This document shows, piece after piece, positions 56,273-64,000 of a stretch of DNA of 64,000 nt. Under the pieces are notes generated by a model. The model searched no databases. It was not told where the DNA came from and saw nothing but the letters and a program-made list of their open reading frames with translations. The first letter of the stretch is position 1, and the number at the start of each line of letters is the position of its first letter. This DNA is from the human T2T-CHM13v2.0 reference genome, Homo sapiens, in the NCBI RefSeq assembly GCF_009914755.1, contig NC_060927.1; one strand, written 5' to 3'. A program made the translations under genes and the position numbers.

Positions 56273-56524
56273 AGACTCTCCAGAGTTTCTCTTTAAAATG
56301 CGAAGACCCTGGCAGTAGTATTTAACTAAGTTGTCATTTTATAAATAATTTAGCATGAATTCCTTTATTATAAATTAACAAATTAACCACCTGAAAACCC
56401 TGGAAGCAGAAGAGAGACACTGAGAAGAGAGAAGATTCTTCCTTTTTCCAGGAATAACCCTGCTGGGAAAATGTGAATGAGTTTATAAAATCCTTAGAAA
56501 AGGTTGAAGGTGACAGAAGGAGCC

Positions 56525-56740
56525 AAAGCTTTAGAGACAGGTAAATAAGGGTTCAAATAAGGGTTTAAAATGCTGGTCCTGGTGCTTACTAGCTGTATGA
56601 CACTGTGCAAAAATAGAGTGTGACCTTTATTTTCTCAACAGTAAAATCTCCTGACTCATCAGATTACTATGAAAATCAAGTAACTTAACTTATATAAATC
56701 ATACACCAGCAGTGACTGGTACTCACCAAAAGTTAGTTTT
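56525..56740 (+). mobile_element. MIR remnant
   Basis: 'gctttagagacag...gggttcaaat...cttactagctgtatgac'. Confidence 0.6.
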
Positions 56741-58477
56741 CTTTCTTCTCTAACACTTCTGATTCATGCTATACATTAACACCAGATTTTCCACTTTGGC
56801 AAGAAAGTAGAAAAGATAGTAAAAGAATGAAGGAAGCAATATGTGCCTTTCTCTATCATTATATAACATATAGAATACACTTAGGCTACCTATTAAGATG
56901 GTTTACATTATAGTTGTACCTTTCATATTTGATGGAGTTGAAAATCAAAGATTAATTTCATTAATTATTAGATTTTTTATTATTCTCTTGCACCACATAT
57001 CCAGGTTAAATTATATTGGCTGTGGCTATGTAATCAAGATCAATAATACTTAAAATATCAGAGGTGCAACCTTTCTCATTTTAGTGTATTCCCAGATTAT
57101 TCTTAGAAGAGGTTTATCTTCTCTACCTTTAAAAAAGAGATGCTAAAACGCAAACATGTGAAATGATTAAAAGAAAAGTCATATGTTGTTAGAATTCAGC
57201 TATTCAACGCCCACTACAGTGCTTTCTATCTGTTAGGTGTTGCTTCTTCATTGAATTACAAATAATAGAACTGACATATTCCTGTTCATTTGTATTAACC
57301 ACACTACAAGTTTTGTTATTATAATAGTATAGAAAAATGTTCGTGTCTTAGAAATTACCTGCTCATCATATGTTTTAAGAAGATCATTTGATGCAACCTC
57401 TAATTTAGAACCGTATTCCTTTTTTAAACCATTGTGTTTAGCACTTCCCTTTTCCTCAGCCCATGGTACCTGGTTTTGGCAGGAAGTAAGTGACATGGTA
57501 ATGTAGAGGAGGCTTCTAGATGCCAGTCCAGCTCAGCAAGTGTATTTAGTTGACTAGGATTAGTATACGTGTTATAGTAGTCCCTTTGCACTTTCATGTT
57601 TTTAGAAACAATTTTCCAAGCACATTTCTAAGATTTAGAGTCAGTTTTAAACAAAAGCATCTTTTGCTTTAAATCTCTAGTTTGTGTGCTTTCTCTGAAT
57701 AAACAAAACAAAACAAAACTGACAATAATGATCAAAATGAATTGTTTAAAACATTTGCTGCTTTCTGCCCAATTATGCAGATAACACCTTCCATGCATAA
57801 AATGTCTCATTTTTCTTGAAAACATCCCCTTCCCTCTGGCCGTTGTGGTCCCTGTTTTCTTGTTGTACTCTATGGACCATTGCAGAGAACGGGGCTGGGA
57901 GGTATTCTAAGAATGCTGTAAAGCATTTCAATGATTGCTGCCACAATTGTGTTTGGCACATCCCTGTAGTCACAGATTCGTGAGGAATTCATATGCTCAC
58001 ACTTTTTTACTGTAAATGATTAAAAAACCCTCCCTGTGGCTTTATATTTTTAATGGTGCTCACTTCAAAACCTTGCAGCCTTATGAAATGTCCTTTATAA
58101 TGAGACCTCATTTTTTTTAGATGTCAACACCTAAAGATGTAAATACGCTAAGGTACTTGATAATAGGCAATGAACATTTTCACCTTTAAGTCGTTAGCTA
58201 CAAGCTAGCCTAAATTAAGAGCAATAGATTATTTATTATCGATAAAATAATTGTATCTCTAAAGTGCAGTGGAGCTTACTGATTGCCAAGAAGAATCTAA
58301 ATAAATATTCCTTTGTCTTCAGTGACAGCAGGCCTCAATCATTGCTTCTAAACCTTCATTCAGTCCCAATAGGCCTGTGGCCTATGATATGGTCCCATTT
58401 GTAACACAGGCTCCCTATATGATGTGGTGAAGAACTAGGTAGTATCTGAAACTGAGACTAATTAATTGCTTGAGCTT

Positions 58478-59010
<533 letters not shown>

Positions 59011-59061
59011 GGGGAGAAGGCCTAGTTTATATAGAAAAAATGAATAGTATTAGAACCTTCA

Positions 59062-59532
<471 letters not shown>

Positions 59533-59772
59533 TCAAACTCAGGAGAGAGGATAGTGGTAATGGTGGTGGATGCTCTGTATAGCGAAATCTTTAGTAGGAA
59601 GCCCTCTCAAGCACAGGGATCACTAATGTAAAAAGTGTAAATTAAGCTTTTATGTCATGTTCAGGGACAATGTGACCTAAGTAACAGTGATAGTCATTTC
59701 ACTGCAAGCACTTGAAGTCCATGAGATCTGATATCAGTATGTGTGATCATAAAGAATAGAAAAATATTGATA

Positions 59773-62199
59773 CAGGCATACCTCATTTTATTGTAGTTCA
59801 TTTGATTGTACTTCACAAATACTGCATTTTTTAGAAATTGAAGATTTGTGGTAATCCTGAATTAAGAAAGTCTATTGGCACCATTTTCCCAACAGTATGT
59901 GGTCACTTTTTTTCCATGTGTCATGTGTTGGTAATTCTTATAATGCTTCAAACTTTTCATTATTATGATATCTGTTATGATAATCTGTGGTCAGTGATCT
60001 TCGACGTGACTTTTAAAATTCTTTTAGGGCTTCATGAACCATACTTGTGTAAGATGGCACACTTAATCAACAATTGCTTTATGTGTTCTGACTGCTCCAC
60101 CGGCTGGCTGTTCCCCCATCTCCCATCCTCTTCTCAGGCCTCTGTATTCTCTGAGACACAATAGTTTTGAAATCAGAATAATTAACAATCTAACAATAGC
60201 CCCGAAAAGTGCTCAAGTGAAAGAAAGTGTCACACATCTCTCACTTTAAATAAAAAGGTAGAAATGAATAAGCTTAGTGAGGAAGGCATGCCAAAAACTG
60301 AGATGGGCCAAAAGCTGAGCTCCTTGTGTCAAACAGTTACATACGTTGTGAATGCAAAGGAAAAGTTCTTGAAGGAAGTCAAAAGTGCTACTCCAGTGAA
60401 CATACAAATGATAAGAAAGACAAACAGCCTTATTGCTAATATGGAGAAAGTTTTAGCAGTCTGGAAGATAGAAGATCAAGCTAGCCACAGTATTCTCTTA
60501 AAGTAACCTTTAATCCAAGCAAAGCCCTAAATCTCTTTAATTTTGTGAAGGCTGAGAGATGTGAGGAGGCTGCAGAAAAGTTTGAAGCTAGCAGAAGCTG
60601 GTTCACGGGGTTTAAGGAAATAAGTTGTCTCCATAACATTAAAGTGCAAGGTGAAGGGCTGATGGAGAAGCTGCAGCAAGTTATGCCGAAGATCTGGCTA
60701 AGATATTGATGAAGGTGGCTAGACTAAGTAGCAAATTTTCAATGCAGAGGAAAGAGGCTTCTATTGGAAGAAGATGCCAACTAGGACTTTCATAGCTAGA
60801 GAGAAGTTAGTGCCTGGCTCCTTATCTTCAAAGGACAGGTTGACTCTAGTTAGGGGCTAATGCAGCTTTTGATTTTAAGTTGAAGCCAGTTCTCATTTCC
60901 CATTTGGAAAATCCTAGAGCCCTTAAGAATTATGCTAAATCCACTCTGCCTGTGCTCTATAAATGGAAAAACAAAGCCTTGGATGACAGCACATCTGTTT
61001 ACAGCATGGTTTGCTGAATCTTTTAAGCCTACTCTTGAGACCTACTGCTCAGAAAAGAAAAGACTCTTTAAAATATTACTGTTCATTGATAATGCACCTG
61101 GACACTCAAGAGCTCTGATGGAGATGGACAAGGAAATTAATGTTGTTTTCGTGTTCACTAACACAATATTCTTTCTGCAGCCCATGGATCATGAAGTAAT
61201 TTAGACTTTCAACTCTTATTTAAGAAATACATTGGTAAGGCCATTTCTGCCATTCATAGTGATTCCTCAGATGGATCTGGACAAAGTAAATTTAAAACCT
61301 CTGGAAAGTATTCACCGTTCTAGGTGCTATTAACAGCATTTGTAATTCATGGGAGGAGGTCAAAATATCCACATCAGCCTTTTGCAAGAAGAGTTTGGAA
61401 GAAGTTGATTCCAATCTTCATGAATGGCTTTGAGAGGCTCAAGACTTTAGTGGGGGAAGTAACTGCAGATGTGGTGGAAATAGTAAGATAACTAGGATTA
61501 GAAGTAAGCCTCAGAGAGTTAGCTCTTTATTGCTGAAAAATGTACTTCAGAAAAAAAATATGCTAAATGACTGGATTACTGTCATCTCATTATAAAACTA
61601 ATTGATGAGCAAAGAAAGTGGCTTCTCAAGATGGAATATTCTCTGGGTGAAGATGCTATAAACATTATTGAAAGGGCAACAACAGATTTAGAATATAACA
61701 TAAACTTACTTGATTAGGCAGTGGCAGGATTTGAGAGAACTGACTCCAATTTTGAAAGATGTTCTACTAAGTGGGTAAAATGCTATCAAACAGCATATCA
61801 TACAACAGAGAATCTTTCACGAAAGAAAGAGTTAATCAATTCAGAAAACTTTATTGTTGCCTTATTTTTTTAAAAATTACCATAGCCAGCCCAGCCTTCA
61901 GCAACCACCACCCTGATTATTCAGCAGCCATCAACATGAGGGTGAGACTCTTCACCAGCAAAAAGATTACAACTTGCTGAATGGTCTGATGATCATTGCC
62001 ATTTTTTAGCAATAACGTATTTTTAAATTAAGATGTGTACATTTTTTAGACATCATGTTATTAAACACTTATAGACTATAGTGTGAACATAACTTTTATA
62101 TGTACAGGAAGTCAAAAATTGTGTCATTTGCCTTATTGCAATATTCACTTTATTGCAGTGGTCTGGAGCCAGAATCACAATATCCTTGAGATATGCCTG
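59773..62199 (+). mobile_element. Full-length Tigger1 (TcMar-Tigger DNA transposon)
   Basis: Terminal inverted repeats CAGGCATACCTC...GAGATATGCCTG, TA target duplications on both sides, 2427 bp. Confidence 0.97.
60196..61570 (+). pseudogene. Disrupted Tigger1 (pogo/CENP-B-like DDE) transposase
   Basis: Peptides '[16 protein letters not shown]...[19 protein letters not shown]' and '[11 protein letters not shown]...[12 protein letters not shown]...LQPMD' separated by stops and frameshifts. Confidence 0.93.
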
Positions 62200-63167
62200 T
62201 ACACAGAAAAATTTTCAAATACATAAATCAAGGCTTTTTAAGTGGTTATGGGCAGCACTAAATAAGATAAGGAATAAATGGGTCTCAAATAATTAGTTCT
62301 TCATTGCGGAAAAATGTACTTTGGGAAAAAGCATATTCTCCATCACATTAGTATATAAACTACAGTATATAAAGAGCCCAAAGCCTACTGTAATTTCTCA
62401 TCGCATGCTCTCTAATGAATGTAATATGCTTCTACATCAAGAATATTTGATGGATTGAACATCTCTGTTTTTCAACTCGAGTCCCCATTACTATATGAAA
62501 GGTTCTCGAAGCATTCTATGAGTTGACCTCCTTGGAAACATGAATATTGAATGGGAAATGCCTTACAACTTAATATTCTATCCCTCTCAGAGGATATCTT
62601 TATTTATATAAGAACTAAAGCTTTAAAGGAAAGGCAGAAAGTTTTTTATGAGATTTCAAGACATCAGGGAGGTAAAGGAGATCTTTTGAGGAGGTCCTTA
62701 ACATTTTACCAGCTTGTAATTTTACTTAAGAGTAGTGAGAGGTATTCTAATTGCAGGAATGGGAAGAAAACTTCGCCTTTTTGTTAACTTTATTGAAGGT
62801 CAGATTTTCTTTTTAAACTTGTCTATATTTATCTGTTATACACTCACTACTCACAGTTAAAGCTTACTGCTTCACTTACTGAACTAATTCGGAAACACAC
62901 ATGCATGCACATACGCACATAGGAAGAGAAAGAAAGAATACCACAAATAAAGCCCAAATCATTCCTGTTCAACCTTCACTGCATCTTTTACACTTAATTG
63001 TATTAAACTGTCAGCATTTCACTAGTTTCTTCTTTTTTGTAATGCTTCACTGAGAGTACTACAGCTTACAAAAAGGAACTTTTATCCATAAAAGAGCTTT
63101 TCTATTGAATGAATCAGAAGATAAAACCAATGCACTTTAAAAATATCTCTCTATCATTTTTTCTCAG

Positions 63168-63409
63168 CTTGTTGCTCCAGACCTCGAGTTTAAACTAGTT
63201 CGAAATCAATCAACTCACTCAGAAGTAGAATGAAAGACTTCTCAGAAGAAAGTGAGAACACAGGAAAATATATATTTTTAAATTGCCGATCGTCCCTTAC
63301 ATCTCAGACAGAATTTTTCACTGTCTCGCACAGAATCAGGGCACGTGGTGAAGCATTTGGAAAGCGGATGCTGAGGTCAAGCAGCAAGCATTGGCACATA
63401 AATTGCAAG
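63168..63409 (+). other. Candidate exon (242 nt; alternative acceptor at 63334, alternative donor after 63251)
   Basis: Strong acceptor 'tctctctatcattttttctcag'; second acceptor 'tttttcactgtctcgcacag'; donors AAA|GTGAGA and AAG|GTAGAT; 7 CpGs in 63183-63366. Confidence 0.4.
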
Positions 63410-63594
63410 GTAGATTGAGAATTATTAGAGAGGAGAGTAAAACAAAGGGAAAAATAAGTGGCTACTCCATGAAAATAAAATCTATCTTTCATTAGTTCTC
63501 ATCTAGGATGTAGTGTTAATTGAGAGTAAATATGGATTGATCTCAGAAAAGCAGTCAATTTACAATTTTACAACTCATAGAAACACTATAAAAT

Positions 63595-63690
63595 AAGAAT
63601 ATAAACTCCTTGAGGTAACAAAGTATGTTTTCTACTTTCTTTTCAGACACTCAGAGAGTTGTCTTTACATAGGTGCATAATGAATTCCTT
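63595..63690 (+). mobile_element. L2 3' end remnant
   Basis: 'agaatataaactccttgagg...acataggtgcataatgaat'. Confidence 0.55.
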
Positions 63691-64000
63691 AGGAATGACC
63701 TATTAGATTAATTTTGGGGAAATTCATTCGATTAAGAATTATAAAACTATAGAATCCCAAGCTTAATGTTTCTCACAGTTAGTAATATTTCTAATGGCGA
63801 CTTAGTGACAATCTAGAAACATGTTGAGGATGCCCAATAGGAGTAAATCCTTCTAACATTGAATATGAATATGAAATAGAAGAAATTAGAAGTGCTCCCA
63901 GGTGACCAAACCTCACTGTTCACTGTGTGCACTGGTGAAGGCTTTAGGAGTAAAGGATTAACAGTGCTTGTGTGTGTGCTGTGTCAGAATCATCAGTTAA

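Overview
AT-rich, CpG-poor primate (human-like) genomic DNA. I see no intact protein-coding gene, rRNA, tRNA or CRISPR, and I could not identify the locus. Much of the window is decayed transposable elements: 14 Alus, large minus-strand L1 remnants, MaLR/ERV1 solo LTRs, MIR/L2/CR1 fragments, hAT MITEs and one full-length Tigger1. Most supplied ORFs are Alu, L1 or Tigger read-throughs or chance ORFs. The unique DNA holds several plus-strand exon-like segments with splice signals (2518-2552, 8661-8706, 20852-20956, 42213-42353, 63168-63409). Together with the antisense bias of L1s and LTRs, this suggests the window lies inside a long plus-strand lncRNA or multi-exon 5' UTR (inference). The most structured area is 19.5-21.3 kb: a CpG-retaining hairpin inside a candidate exon, a diverged upstream duplicate of that exon's 3' end with the donor destroyed, a degenerate ~15-bp array, and YY1/ETS motifs. 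Repeat subfamily names come from recalled consensus motifs, and old-repeat boundaries are approximate.
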